A stretch of 60,700 nucleotides of DNA, filler included, from Dirinaria sp. TL-2023a (GCA_051941275.1; 11 parts of 11 records of this genome joined end to end with filler, not necessarily neighbours in it), one strand, 5' to 3'. Counted from the whole stretch's first letter, positions 34,314 through 47,355 are shown. The notes: generated by a model not told the origin, from the sequence alone. Made by a program: numbers and translations.

Positions 34314-34766
34314 CAAACACATTTATTTGTGGCAGGGCACACCTTACCCGGCAGAGCGGGCGCTAGGCCCAATCGGGGCATAGACCTCCGCTCATAAGGG
34401 TTGTCATGTAAACACCTACCTACCTTAGATACCTCCCACACACACACACAAGGTACAGCCCCGAGGGGGCCACCTCTCTGGAAGTAGACTCACGTGCATA
34501 CCCTTCGGGGTGGGACACTAGACTGAACACACTACCACCACCACTACCACTACCACACCCACACACATATAGAAGAAACAACAATAGACGGTATGCGAAG
34601 TACAATTAGGCCACCAAGGTCAAAGAAAAAAAAAGAAAAAGAAAAGAGAGAGAGTGAGAAATCGGGATGTCCATCAACAAAAGTAAGATACTACTATAAG
34701 TAAGTCCAGGAAGATAAGATGAACATGAGGGATAAATCCAGGACTGCCTGCAGTAAAGTAGGTAGG

Positions 34767-34792
34767 TAGCTAGCTAGCTAGCTAGCTAGCTA
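34767..34792. repeat. (TAGC)n self-complementary microsatellite
   Basis: Six TAGC units plus TA. Confidence 0.9.
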
Positions 34793-34846
34793 AACCGGGG
34801 GCATCAATAGATTGAAATAAGGTACCTAATCTTACAGTGTTATATA

Positions 34847-35181
34847 GCCAACCACTACCGCCACACTACCCTACTTTGCTGCCACACCACCTTCAATTTT
34901 GCTGCCCACGCCGTCCTCCCCACTTCATTTATTGTTTTTCATCTATCAATGCCTCTCTCGAGAAAATTTTTTCCTAACACCTTCAACCTGCTTTAAAGAT
35001 TTGTCTATTTGACGATGGCAAGTTTGTGGTGAATCATTTCATCGTTCGAGCAAGAGAGATCGATAGACTTGAGCTCGAGGTATCAAAGAAGTCGAATGCA
35101 TTATCACGCGAGAATGAATAGCAGTTAGTGAGAAAGGGTGGTTTGCCAGTATAGTAGGGTGGTGTGGCGGCAGTGGGAGCC
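34847..35181 (-). mobile_element. MITE / non-autonomous TIR DNA transposon, copy 2 (335 bp)
   Basis: TIRs GCCAACCACTACCGCCACACTACCCTACTTTGCTGCCACACCACC ... GGTGGTTTGCCAGTATAGTAGGGTGGTGTGGCGGCAGTGGGAGCC, flanked by TATATA on both sides; reverse-complement homologue of 24714-25189. Confidence 0.9.
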
Positions 35182-35803
35182 TATATACTATATACACCCC
35201 GAACCTAGGATCTACGATTGCCATTCTGGGTCAGGAAAGGGAGCAGGGCCGCTTCATAGGGAGCGGCAAGGGAGCACGAGGGAGCATCGAGGGAGCAGAG
35301 GGGCGCAGCAAGAGAGGTTCTGGCTCCTCGGTGAGCCTGATCTGGCTGCACTCTACTCGGCTACAGCTGCTCCTGCTTCGTGTATGTCAAGATGCCAGTC
35401 ACATTCTTACTAATCATTCTTGATCTAGTTAAAATGTTCATACAATCACCGAGTGCGGTTAGCATGCTATCACACCACTATATAATTTTGGAGCGAACTT
35501 TGGAGCGCGATGAAATCCGACACAAAATACCGCCCAATCATAGCAGAGAACTTTCTTGTCCGAAATCAGCTACAACACGCACTGTATCAGGTCTGAAATT
35601 GAGGGCATTTACATGATGACCTGTCTATTATGCAGGCTGCATATCAAAATGACCAAAACTGCAAGCCGTATCGGCATTGATGGCACAGTAAATGCCGTTT
35701 TAGCCACGTTCGCGTATATAAAAAGGACGACAAATATGCCCTCCGCCAGAAAATCTTCAGGCTTTCCCCTATCAACATTTTGACAAAGCAAATTGGCTCG
35801 AAG

Positions 35804-37247
35804 ATGGAGAAACAAATACCTCAACGTTGCGACAACCTTGACAGTGAAGCCAACGTAGCCCTTGAGCATTTAGACCGCAACAGGCGTACGCCATCCAGAT
35901 ATACCGGATGGTTCCAGTGGATCTCAGGGAAGGTCATTCTGGTGTCCATCATCGGAGCACTTATCCTCGTCGCTCACACCTTCTTCCATCTTCCCGCAAA
36001 ACGGCAAAATAGCTGCCTCCATGGTTCTCATGTTGCCAATACTAATCCTAAGATCGGCATCACTAAAGCTATCAAAGCCTCTCAGTCGGCATGGAACTAC
36101 GGCGTACAATCCGAATGATCCGCTCCAGCCTCTGGGCTTTCCGTCGCCGTAAGCGTTGACCCTGATTCTAATGTCCAACTCTACGATCTCGATTCTACCG
36201 GCAATCTGCGTGTCCGTAGACGAACGAATAGCAACGATCAGAGCAATACCCAGTGGACCGACCCACAAACCATTGCTACCGATCCGAAACCAAAAACGTC
36301 TTCTCCACTCGCAGCTATTGCGTTTCAGTTTGAGCAGGGCGTCACAGTAAGTGTAAAAGGCTTCTTTATGATCTTTCATATTATGAGATGAAATACTCTT
36401 AGGAGATGAGCCCATAAGCCGTACTCACGTTCGGCGGTATAGGAGCTTCGAGTCTACTATCTCGATAACTCGAACCGTGTAGTCGAGTACCAAACCTCCT
36501 TGTCCTCTCCTTCCGACCCTTCTTGGTTCAGGGGGCGATACTTCCCCGACGGCTCCACCGGTGGCCTTGCCGCTCTCTGGCTTGGTAGTGAGGGCATCAG
36601 GCTCTATGTTATTGACGAGAATAACACCGTTGCCGAGATCGTCTGGTATGACGGTAGCTGGGGAACCGCTCATTCAATCGAACTACATGCACAAGCGGGA
36701 ACGGCGGTGGCGGTTCAGGATTTCACCCTGAATGGCAAACTGTCTGCGATCAGCCTGCTGTATACGAACGTAGAGGAGGACTTGGTGGAAGGCACCTACG
36801 ATCCTTCAGTCGATCCTAACAGTTTCCTCGAGCGTAAGTGATGAACCATTGCGGATTTCGGAAACATCCTCTTCGTTTTCATCCGTATGGGGTTTGAATA
36901 TTCGTTTACTTTCTATTGCAGGCCGTGTCGTGCATCCTGGCTATGGCATCGGTCAACTTGCTATCGCCATCGACTATAATGAATATAAATGGCGAGCATA
37001 CGGTCTCTCTAAGGGAAATGGTCTCATGCAGAAATGGGCACCTCCCTACGGAGACTATTCATCATATTGGGACGTAATTGATCATTCGCCAAACCCAGAT
37101 GCCAGTCTCGGACCGGTCGCGGCGTTGGCTTGGAAGAACAACGTGAGAGTCTTCTATACTAGTGCAGGGGTTCTTGTTGAGGAGGGGTACTTGTACACAT
37201 CATCCGGAACGGAGGGTAAATGGGTTCATCTGGGGGCCATTGCGTGA
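35804..37247 (+). pseudogene. Membrane-anchored fucose-specific-lectin-like beta-propeller gene with an in-frame TGA at 36116-36118 (exons 35804-36346, 36443-36833, 36922-37247)
   Basis: The TM segment VILVSIIGALILVAHTFF is followed, past the TGA in the same frame, by propeller blades SGLSVAV...VQLYDLDSTGNL, SPLAAIAF...ELRVYYLDNSNRVVEY, GGLAALW...IRLYVIDENNTVAEIVWYDGSW, GTAVAV and GPVAALAWKNNVRVFY. Both introns are canonical. Confidence 0.72.
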
Positions 37248-38629
37248 CTGTGAGATGATTTAAAAAGCAGAATGTATGCACAATTCGCGGATAGATGGTC
37301 TTGTATGAATCGATGATGCATGGCTTTAAACTCCTAAGAGGGTGTATTATTAAATGAAAGATGCAATTCGCCGAACAGATAAGATTATAACAGAATATTG
37401 CCTAAAGAGATATACATAATGTTATTAGCTAATTCTAATATTTGCTATTAATTTTTTTTTTTTTTTTCTTTAAACAACAAATCTTGTAAATATCCCACTT
37501 TTATATAGATGGCAATTTGTACACAGATGCAGTAGAAAAGCACACGTATATACATTTCTGAATTTCCATGTGTCACCTTTTTATCTAATAATGCTCGACA
37601 TATCATCAAATAGGTTTGACAAGATTCAACCATTCTGCCCCCCAAAAAAAAAAGGTTTAGAATATGAATAATATCATTAGATCGAAATTTATATAATACA
37701 ATCTTAACTCTGTTGAAGTGTCCTCCTTGCAGGTATCATAAATGAAGACAGCTCACGAAATCAACAAAAGTGCGTATTATCGAGCGAAAACGATCATAAA
37801 TATCTAACATTCATGAAGTGTGCACAAGCGTAAAAAGACAGATATTTCAATCTCAATGATTAATTATGTGACCAGAGCTAACCACGATTGAAAATAATAA
37901 TCGAGAGCATATATCATCGTGTAAAGTATCCAGAACCAGTTTTCTCTTCAATCAGACAATTGATCTTCCGTATGCTATCGTGCGCATTCATGTCAGCTCA
38001 AGGAAATGTGATATAGATAGTTTGGCGCCGATGATAAAGTCCTGCATTATTGCCCACTCAAAAAAGCGTTTTTAATAATCGTTACGCAGACTAAACTTTG
38101 TTATCATAAGCTGATAAGATAGGTGCTGAATGATCGAGAATATTGCCTAAAGCAGCACTATCTATTTCACGATCTACACGTTTACGATACTGTGCCAGCA
38201 GAAAACTTTTTCAACTGGTTCTTATCTTAACTGCTGACAGTATCTCAATCATGAGACGAGAAGACTTACGCGACTAATCTCGTCAGTCCTACGGGGCAAT
38301 AATTCGGTGCTGTGGAGATGTCAAAAGACTTCATAAATTACTGTACCGCTGATATTGAAGCAGAAAGGCAACCGGGAGTAATTAAATTCAGAGACGAGAT
38401 TTCGATGGGCTAGACAAATTCGAGATCTCTCTCATCTTTGGAGAGAGATATCAGAATGATCGATCTCTCCGTCACGGCCAAGAATGTTAAAAAAAACTAG
38501 TCAAGGTAATAGAATGAGTTTGTTTCGAGCCCTTCTATCCGTTTTGTTGAATGATTTCTCAAAATCATCTAAATTAGTTAATTGCTCTCCAGCTTCGCTG
38601 CTTCTCTTCAGGCCTTCTAGATACCGCTC

Positions 38630-38729
38630 NNNNNNNNNNNNNNNNNNNNNNNNNNNNNNNNNNNNNNNNNNNNTTAATTAATTAANNNNNNNNNNNNNNN
38701 NNNNNNNNNNNNNNNNNNNNNNNNNNNNN
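38630..38729. other. Artificial contig spacer
   Basis: N44-TTAATTAATTAA-N44. Confidence 0.99.
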
Positions 38730-41700
38730 AGGTCTCACAGATGGCAATCAAAGGCATGCAAGGGGTGCCAGTGGAAATGAGCCTCCGCACGAGAGGATAT
38801 CACATGATCTGTCGCTGACAGACAACCCTCGATATTCGGTGGTGGACAACATGCTCAATTCGCTCAACCCAGACCACCCTCGACTATCTTCTCCAACTTC
38901 TGCAAAGCCACCGCGATCCGCTGGTTCTCAATTGAGTTCCACCAGGAGCCTGCGCCACCGCGGCCATCTCCCTTCCTCCTCATCCGCCTCCGATACCACC
39001 TTTACCATCGGCGAATCTACCAGCCGCCTTGCCTCGCAATTGACCCGCGGCCGTCGCAGTAACAGCAGCTCGACTTTTCAGTCGACGCTTGGCAGGACTG
39101 ACAGCGCACGGCCCAACGAGGATCATGGCCCTACAAGAAGATCCAATGCCTTGAACTCCCAGCGTACAGGGACAAACGATCGCTTCTCAGTCCCGACCAC
39201 AAGAGTGCGGACCAAGAGCAGTAAGAGCAGTGGGTCGTCAAGCGTGGACTTGGGAAAAATGGCTGGGACTTTCAAATGGCAGCAACCGCTGGGACAGCGC
39301 CCATCAAGTATCGACCATGGGCACGGGCCGCACTTCTCTGGTTCTGAACCATCGGTAGCCATGACCAAAAGCGGTCCCCAGTCACATTATCACCCTCCTA
39401 CCGATACCGCGCCTACACCGGTCATACGCGGTGGCCCAAGTACCAGGGACCCTTCCTCTGCCATCCCCACTCGAGCCCAATACCCCAAGTCACAAACGCT
39501 TGCCTTAAACCACAAAAGCAGCACTGGGTCTCTGAAGGGCAACAGGCTGAAAAAGAGCAGGGTAGATGCGATGGATAGGCCTGGTCTACGTTCAAGTGGG
39601 AGTCGATCTCCGGAAAAACGTCGAGGTTCAGAGAGCATCCCTCCATCGCAGCCGTACACCAACTCGCGCGCAGGGAGCCGCGCGGAAAGCCGAGGTGTGA
39701 GCCCTTCCGGAGCCTGCGTAGAACTCCCGACGTCCTCTGGGCACGAGAAAGCTGGCACAGCGAAGGAGCGACCTGGATTCTTCAGAAGGGTTTTCGGCTC
39801 TACCAGACAGCATAACTACAACGTGAACGAGCTCCGGCACCCTCCACCACCATCGATTAGGAACAGCGTGAGGGCAGATAGCCGAAGCGGGTTCACGGTG
39901 CCTGACATGTTGCACAAGTCAATCGAGGCAGAAGAGGGCAACAATGCTACTCCAAAAGCATCACATCCCACGGTCGTCAAGAAACCGTCATCGTTCTTCA
40001 GGCGGCGGAAGAAGTCGGTATCCGAACCCAACCCGGCTCCCATTCTCCCTTTTCGTCTACCCTCCCATCTGGCCTCGAACGGGGCTGCTGAACCGAACTC
40101 TGCCGGCAGTCTGCGTCAAGTGATGGATCCATTCCTACGAAGCCCACCCAGTGCAAACATTGACGGGCCTCGACCTCGAGATGCGCTGGGCTCGGAAGAT
40201 ACATATGTACCTCTCCACTCCACACCGCAAAGACCATCTCCCAAACGGGCATCACCAAGACAGCGCTCGCTTCAAGATGTCCAGAAGCCTCTCAACACCC
40301 CTGACCCACCTCGGATAGCAGCCTCGCGTACGCGGGAAAGCCCTAATGCTAGTACTATTCCGAATCTCAAATCGGACTCCATCTCTCTCCATCCACCCAC
40401 CGATTCATTCCTTCACGACAATAGTAGCAATGAGGGGAGGAGTTCGGATTTGGACCACAACAAAACCGCGAAGCAGGCTGATGCCATGCCTTCTGAGCGT
40501 GCGCCAAGCAGTTTCTCTGGCGATGTCGCCTGCGCAAAGGACCGAGACCCTCGCGCACAAAGTCCGAAGCTCTCCCCTTCTGACCGCCGGCTGAGACCCA
40601 CGCGAAGCTCTAATGCATTAATCAAGCAAAGTGGCGAATCGTCAAACTCTGTTGCTGATAAAATGACGAGGACGCCGGAAACCCAGGAATTGCTTAAAGC
40701 TGAAAATATCCCCCGGACCGATCTTAACCCATCGCCTGCGGGTTCGGCCAAGGGTTCCGATCGTGTCTGGCTGCAGCCCACCAAGTCAGACGAAGATCTC
40801 CACCGTTCAAGTGATGTTTCCCTGCCGATTGAAGGCGCTGAGGTGTCGACCGTGGGCGAATGCCATCCAACTGCCTTGGTATCGAGGCTGGATGCGCACA
40901 AAGCTGCACCTGCCGACGCTGGTATTGAGGGAGGTAAAGCATCCACCAGTGGCGTGGACGGATTTGAGCCATCTGCGGAGGACCGCGAGGTTGCCAGGGG
41001 AATCTATAATGGGGAGGAATCTCTGGTCGAAAAAGCTAAGGCTGCAGCCTGGCTTGGCGACGAAGGTGCAGAGCGAGCTCGAACAAGGCGGGCCTTCATG
41101 GAAAACTTCGAGTGGCAGAACCTCAATATTCTTGCGGCTTTGCGCGACTTGTGTAGTCGGCTCTGGCTGAAAGGCGAGACACAGCAAGTGGACCGATTGT
41201 TAGATGCCTTCTCAAATCGTTGGTGTGCCTGCAACCCGAATCACGGCTTCAAGGCTACAGGTATGTCCTTCTCGAGCAGTCATTATATAGCTACTAACGC
41301 GTAGATAGACGTGGTTCACACCTTGTGCTACTCGCTGTTACTGCTCAACACTGACTTGCATATGGCGGATATCGAGGCAAAGATGACAAGGGCGCAATTC
41401 CTTAGGAATACTATGCCGACCATCCGCCGCGTTGTGGCAGATGCTGCTCCTGACGCATTTGAGAACAAGCGAGCCTCGACAGTCCCACAGAACAAGTCTT
41501 GGGCCGAGTCTCCAACTGCAGAACGTCCAGAACCCGTCTTTCCCAGTGCACGTAGCTCGACTGAAGCGCGACGGTCTTTTGAGGGCCAAAGACCAATATA
41601 TAGGTTATCTTCCAGACCGTCCGATCAATCTCCTAATGCTTACTCTTCTAGCTCAGCCCTTACACCGCTTGACTATGATACCCCGGCCGATGACTGCGGA

Positions 41701-43498
41701 CCTCTTGTCAAGGCCCCTTTCCGAGGCAAGATGAGTACTTGGGAAGTCCAAATCGAAGTTGTGCTCAAAAACTTTTACAACTCCATACGGCAGCAACGCT
41801 TGCCGAACCACATGGCCGAAGCCGAGAAGCCAGCTCCTGAGGCGTCCGCTCCAGTCACACTCTCAGCAGTGACTGGCAGCATGCTTCGTCGTACCCCAAG
41901 CATGCTGAGCAAAGCGGGTTCGGAGCACCTGAGCTTCAGAGGCCGAGCGTCAGAGCAGCGGTTCGCGACGGGGCGGTGGACATCCAAAAGCCGTCAACGG
42001 CCTCGTTTGTATCCAGCATCTACGGTTGGGTCGAGTCGAACAAGCTTGGACGAACAGCAATCATCCATCTGGAGCCCAGCCGCGTCTAGCACGTGGAGCA
42101 AAAACTCCTTCAGTAGGACCCAGACTTCATTTTCTGTCGACTCCTTTGGCTCCAGCTTCCCCGATGGCGGCTACCAGCAGTCGATCGGGTTTGCGAACGC
42201 TCTCAGCCAGGCCATCATTCGCGAGGAAGCTGCCACCGGTGAGCCAGTTGAAGAAACCATGCGCGCCACTCCACTACTCGAAGACGAAAGTCTCGAGCTC
42301 GCTGGCGCCCCTTGGGCTAAGGAAGGGATACTGAAACATAAGCACCACCTCGAGGCCGTGGACAAGAAGTGTAAGGATAGGAACTGGGTCGAGAGCTTTG
42401 CTGTGATTGAGAAGGGCTGCATGCGGCTCTTTTCATTCAGCATGAATGCCAAGTCCATGCGGTCGAAAGTGAGAAACCAGAAGATTCCGGGAGGCGTAGT
42501 TGGCGGCGGCAATTGGATGGATAGCGCGGAAGCACTCGGACAATTTTCTTTGCGCCAGACGCTTGCCAGTGCACTCCCACCGCCTGGATACTCCAAGAGC
42601 AGGCCCCATGTCTGGGCTCTCAGCTTGCCCACCGGCGCTGTACATCTCTTCCAGGTTGGAACGCCGGAGATCGTCAAGGAGTTTGTCACGACTGCCAATT
42701 ACTGGAGCGCTCGCCTTTCGAAGGAGCCCTTTGTTGGAGGCGTCAGCAACATCGAGTATGGCTGGAGCGGTGCTGTCATCAATGCCGCTTTAATACACAA
42801 CGATAACACACCGGCTGTTTCCAGCGGGGCTAATCCGCGGCCTAGTCTGCAAAGCTCGATTCGCAGCTCGCTCGACCAAGGCAGCTCGCGGCCGAAATTG
42901 CCCGGCGACAAGATCACAATCAATGACTGGATGCCGCCTTCGCAGAGCATGGTCGCCAGCGTCCTGATGGAGGTTGACCAACTGCGGGCATTGACGGCGT
43001 ATGTTAAGAACATCGAGGAGGAGCTATCGAAGCACAATGAACTGCGGCCGGCGATGCTGCTTGCTGTATGTATCTCGCCTCATTTCCCTTTCATCCCACC
43101 TAATCCCCTCCAAATCAAGAGATTGAATCACCCCCAGAAAATGCTTCGTACGTGCTGACACATATCCATAGTTCTCTCCCCGCCACACGAACAGCACGAA
43201 AGCAATGGCCAACTGGGAGCGTAAATCGGCCTACCTCCTGCGCGAAATCGTCAAGTTCCGCACGTACATCGATTGCCTGCAGGCAGCGCAGGCGCAGAAG
43301 GAGAAGATCTATGCGGAACGAGCGGTGCCTGCCGCTTCAAAGACCGAGGAAGGAAAGGAAGATGAAGCTTCCGTAGAGAAACCTAATAACCAAACCACCG
43401 CAGAAGCCACAGAACAGGAAAAGAAGCAGGAAATAGTAGATGACGAGAAGGCCAGCGTGAACTCCAGCGGGGCTGGCCCCGTGGACATTCACACCTGA
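38730..43498 (+). CDS. SYT1: Sec7-domain + PH-domain ARF guanine nucleotide exchange factor, Syt1-like, 5'-truncated (exons <38730-41260, 41309-43065, 43172-43498)
   Basis: Sec7 glutamic finger LWLKGETQQVDRLL and YSLLLLNTDLH; PH domain WAKEGILKHKH...PPPGYSKSRPHVWAL; C-terminal NWERKSAYLLREIVKF. The frame is open from the contig start. Confidence 0.88.
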
Positions 43499-43537
43499 GG
43501 GCTCGGCGACGGTTTTTTTACTTCGTTTCACTGTATA

Positions 43538-43561
43538 TGATTTGATTTGATTTGATTTGAT
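43538..43561. repeat. (TGATT)n microsatellite in a 3' UTR
   Basis: TGATTTGATTTGATTTGATTTGAT. Confidence 0.85.
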
Positions 43562-44150
43562 GTGGCTATGATGTTGTTGTGCCTCCGCTTGGCTTGGGTT
43601 CGGCTTGGAGGAAACGAACGAGAAAAGCTGGTCTTTGGTACGGGACGTCCGATTGTGTTTTGCTCTTGAGTTCGAGATACCCCCTTTATTCGCGTCGCGT
43701 CGGCGCCGCGCCTGCTTCACGTTTTGAATTCTTGTTGAGATGGGAAGGAAGGGGGGGGGGGGTTTGTTAGCTCCTCTTTTTTTTTTTCCCCCTCTCTTCT
43801 CTTCTCTCTTCCCGTTCTCTCACCGCTCAGATGTTGACGGGCTACGGTAGAGTGTGCTTTTATATAAAGCAAGCATGGAGAGGCGGGGCGTGGAGGGCAG
43901 GAAAGGAACCTCTGGTTCTATAAAGTACTGTACAGTATGTAAAAGGAATGAATGAAATGTGTTGCCTCGCTCGCACCTATGACTTCCTACCTTAAGGTAC
44001 TTTTTTTTACTCCGATCTCTGAATCTGAAACTTCGGTTTGCGTGCAAATCAATGATTGCTCTTTGACTTTCAAATCTCTTCGAGAATTTAAAAGAAAGGG
44101 GAAATTAGGTTTTGGCCAGCGAGGACAAGGTTCAGGAGATACCTCAACAC

Positions 44151-44250
44151 NNNNNNNNNNNNNNNNNNNNNNNNNNNNNNNNNNNNNNNNNNNNTTAATT
44201 AATTAANNNNNNNNNNNNNNNNNNNNNNNNNNNNNNNNNNNNNNNNNNNN
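44151..44250. other. Artificial contig spacer
   Basis: N44-TTAATTAATTAA-N44. Confidence 0.99.
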
Positions 44251-44278
44251 AAAAAAGGGGGGGGGAGGGGGAGCTTAC

Positions 44279-45488
44279 TATCGAGACAGCAAAGGAGCAA
44301 GCAGAGCCAGAAGTCCTCGTGTTCGGACAGAGCTATCATCAAGATGAGGTTTGCCGCGGTTCCGAGGACGATCAATCCGGAGCCGACGATGGACTTCGCC
44401 ATCATATGTTGTAGGGTGTCGGCATGACCGGGCAGAGCGCCATAATTATGAAACGGCATCGCCCCGGCAATTATCTTCCCGATCGCAGTCCAGGTCATGT
44501 TCCTCGCTAATCTATTACACAGAACCAGGTATAGAGCTATGACAGCGATGTTGATGAAAATGTCGTATCCTAGTAAAGAGATGAGAGCTGCTTTTCGAGG
44601 ACCAATCCGACAAGTTCCTGTCTTCTCCGACTCCTGCGCGATTGGCGAAAAAAAGCAGAGCACCCCTATTGCCCCAAAGCCTAAGACGATGATGAAAAAC
44701 CCTACTATAAAGTAGGGGTCCTTGTATCGGCTTTTGTTATTGAGCGTTACGCCGCGTTCTAGCAGAAAGAGGTACAGGACCATCTTCGAGCAGATATAGA
44801 ACGCAAGGCAGCACATCACAGTCGCATAACAGATGCCTCCTGCAACATATCGTCTTTGTTCTATGAACAAGTTGGCTGCAAACACGAAAAGGATGGCGAT
44901 GGGATAGCTCAGAAGGGTTAGGACTCGCGATAAGTTGATCTTGTCCATAGGCACATGTCGCAAGCATTTGAGACGTGTAGCTATCACTCATGGTTAGTCA
45001 GAGACTCTGCTAGAAAGGTTGACGCATTGTGCTAAAAGTCGAGGCAAACATAAGAGGACTATGTTGGATTGGGCGATATCAATGAGAGAGACACAGTGCA
45101 TTCTTTTACATGCTGGAAGACTTGGATTACAACTATAATATCAAAATCTGCCGCAAAGAACAAACATTTTCAGCACATGGAGATGAGGCAGCAAATCAAG
45201 AACTGTTCATGACGCAGTTCGATAATTTGTGATCAACACCTCATGAAATAGGAACTCTCACTTACCAAACAATGCACTCAGGCAACAGGTCATGAGTAGG
45301 CTGAACACAGAGACGAGAGCACGGCCATACAACGGAGAGCGAAGACCGCCAACGATCTTGTCGTCCGGAACCACATAATCGTCGCGAGGATGCAGTGGCA
45401 GAAAAATTGTGGTGCCCACAACTTGATTCAAAAACAACATCATCATCATAGCGATCACGATCTTGATATCAACACCGAGATAACCCAT
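44279..45488 (-). CDS. Seven-transmembrane GPCR-like membrane protein, 3'-truncated (exons 45488-45266 and 44980-44279)
   Basis: Signal-like N-terminus then about 7 hydrophobic helices; CLAFYICSKMVLYLFLLER, CRIG, YDIFIN, TAAN and WLCLLLCCLD; 285-nt GTAAGT...CTAAC...TAG intron; the next intron runs off the contig. Confidence 0.75.
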
Positions 45489-46312
45489 GTCTGTTCTGGT
45501 TCAAGAGACTGTTATGATTAAGATAACTTCAACAGATGATATTCGATAGCAGTGCATGCAACGAGACGATATCACTAATGAATGCTGTTTTGATGTAGCA
45601 GTCGAGATAAAGATGATAATGGGCAGAAATCGACGCGATGTGAAGACTTACACTCGACTTTGCTAAGCGAGACACGCTAACACTACACGATTCTGCCATA
45701 TCATTCACATGAACAGATCAACGATTTTACGTTGACGTTATGGGAGGACAAAGATCGAGCAGGATCACAACATATTGGAGACAACCTGGATAATCCGGAT
45801 AAAAGATGGCCCAAAACGGGAACATTTGCCTTGTTGAGACGTTCTTTGATCATGATTCAGATCACTGCTAAATTATAAAATAAAATCTTCTCAGAGCATA
45901 TCTGGAGAAGGCAGTGAGGATTTGGTAGTGAAAGAGGTTTGATCTCTACAGCGAACAAGTACACGGTTACCCATAATCTGTTGTAGGACTTTCATAGGAT
46001 TACAGGCATGGTATACGCGAAATCAACATGCGAGAATACTAGGTGGATTTGGACAAAACACTTTCCATGTTGGATTCCCACACTTGCTCTCCTAGATCTT
46101 GGAGAAGAAAATGCTATGAGGTCGCTCGAGCCAATCAGTACTAGGGCCACTCACTAAGGTCCATAACATTATGTAATCGAGTCCCGTGACACATTATCCA
46201 GTTGCTACTGCTACCTACATGTGCTAAGCCTAGACACTAAAAGAACTCGCAACCACTATTACATTCCCAGCTTTCCATCACTCACCTACTCTCCGAGTTA
46301 TTAACTACTAAG

Positions 46313-47355
46313 ATGCCTCGAGCGGAAGTAGGCAGCACCAAGTATCTGAATAATAAGCTGAAATCGAAAGGACTTCAAAGGCTTCGATGGGTGAGTCTCT
46401 TCCCACTTCACTCGCACCCGGTCAGGACTGACCTCCTTGCCAGTATTGTCAAGTATGTGAGCGCCAGATGCGCGACGAAAATGGCTTCAAATGCCACACA
46501 CAGTCGGAGTCGCATGTACGACAAATGCTGCTCATTGGCGAAGACCCTCGCAAACACATCAACGACTACAGTAACCAGTTCCAGCGTGATTTTCTCCAGC
46601 TTTTACGCACGGCACATGGTGAGAAGAAGGTGCACATCAATCACTTCTACCAGGAATACATCTCGAACAAAGAGCACATCCATATGAATGCCACGCGTTG
46701 GCCCTCGTTGACCGAATTCGCCAAATACCTTGGCAGAGAAGGGATATGTCGTGTTGAGGATAACGAAAAGGGAATACATGTCTCATGGATCGACAATAGC
46801 CCTGAAGCTTTAAGGCGGCAAGACGCGATCAGGAAAAAGGAGAGGCAGGATCGAGGGGACGAGGAAAGAGAGCAAAAGCTGATCAGGGAGCAAATAGAGC
46901 GAGCCGAGATGGATGTGGAGCAGAAGGCGATAGAAGAGGGCGAGCAGCGGACTCAAGAGCTACAGAGACAAGAGGGTGAGACAATCAAGCTGAACTTTGG
47001 CAAGCCAAAAGAGAAGCAGGAGGCGCCAGTACTCGAACCCAGCGAGGTACAGGATGCAGACCAGAAAGATAGGTCTGGCGAGAGCGACCAAAACCCTGCC
47101 TCGCCTCCTGAATTCGTACCTACTCCGCCGCCGGAGAAGGTGTCTTTGAAGATGAGTACCACAAGTAAGCCGAAGAATGTTTTCGCTTCGGCCAAGAAAA
47201 ATGCTCTCACTGGATCTAAACACATCGCGAAGGAAGCGCCTAAGAAGCCTATGAGTGAGGCCGAGAGGATTATGAAGGAGGAGATTGAGAGAAAGCGAAT
47301 GAGAGAGGCCAATGGATTCTCTGGACTGAACGCGAAACGGCAAAGGGTATCATAG
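46313..47355 (+). CDS. KIN17: DNA/RNA-binding C2H2 zinc finger protein Kin17/Rts2 (exons 46313-46390 and 46444-47355; 329 aa)
   Basis: KGLQRLRW|YCQVCERQMRDENGFKCHTQSESHVRQM and HIHMNATRWPSLTEFAKYLGREG. Confidence 0.95.

Noticed and set aside
36104..36128. GT...AG segment spanning the lectin TGA as a rescuing intron
   Set aside because: It is only 25 nt, has no clear branch point, and its removal shifts the frame.
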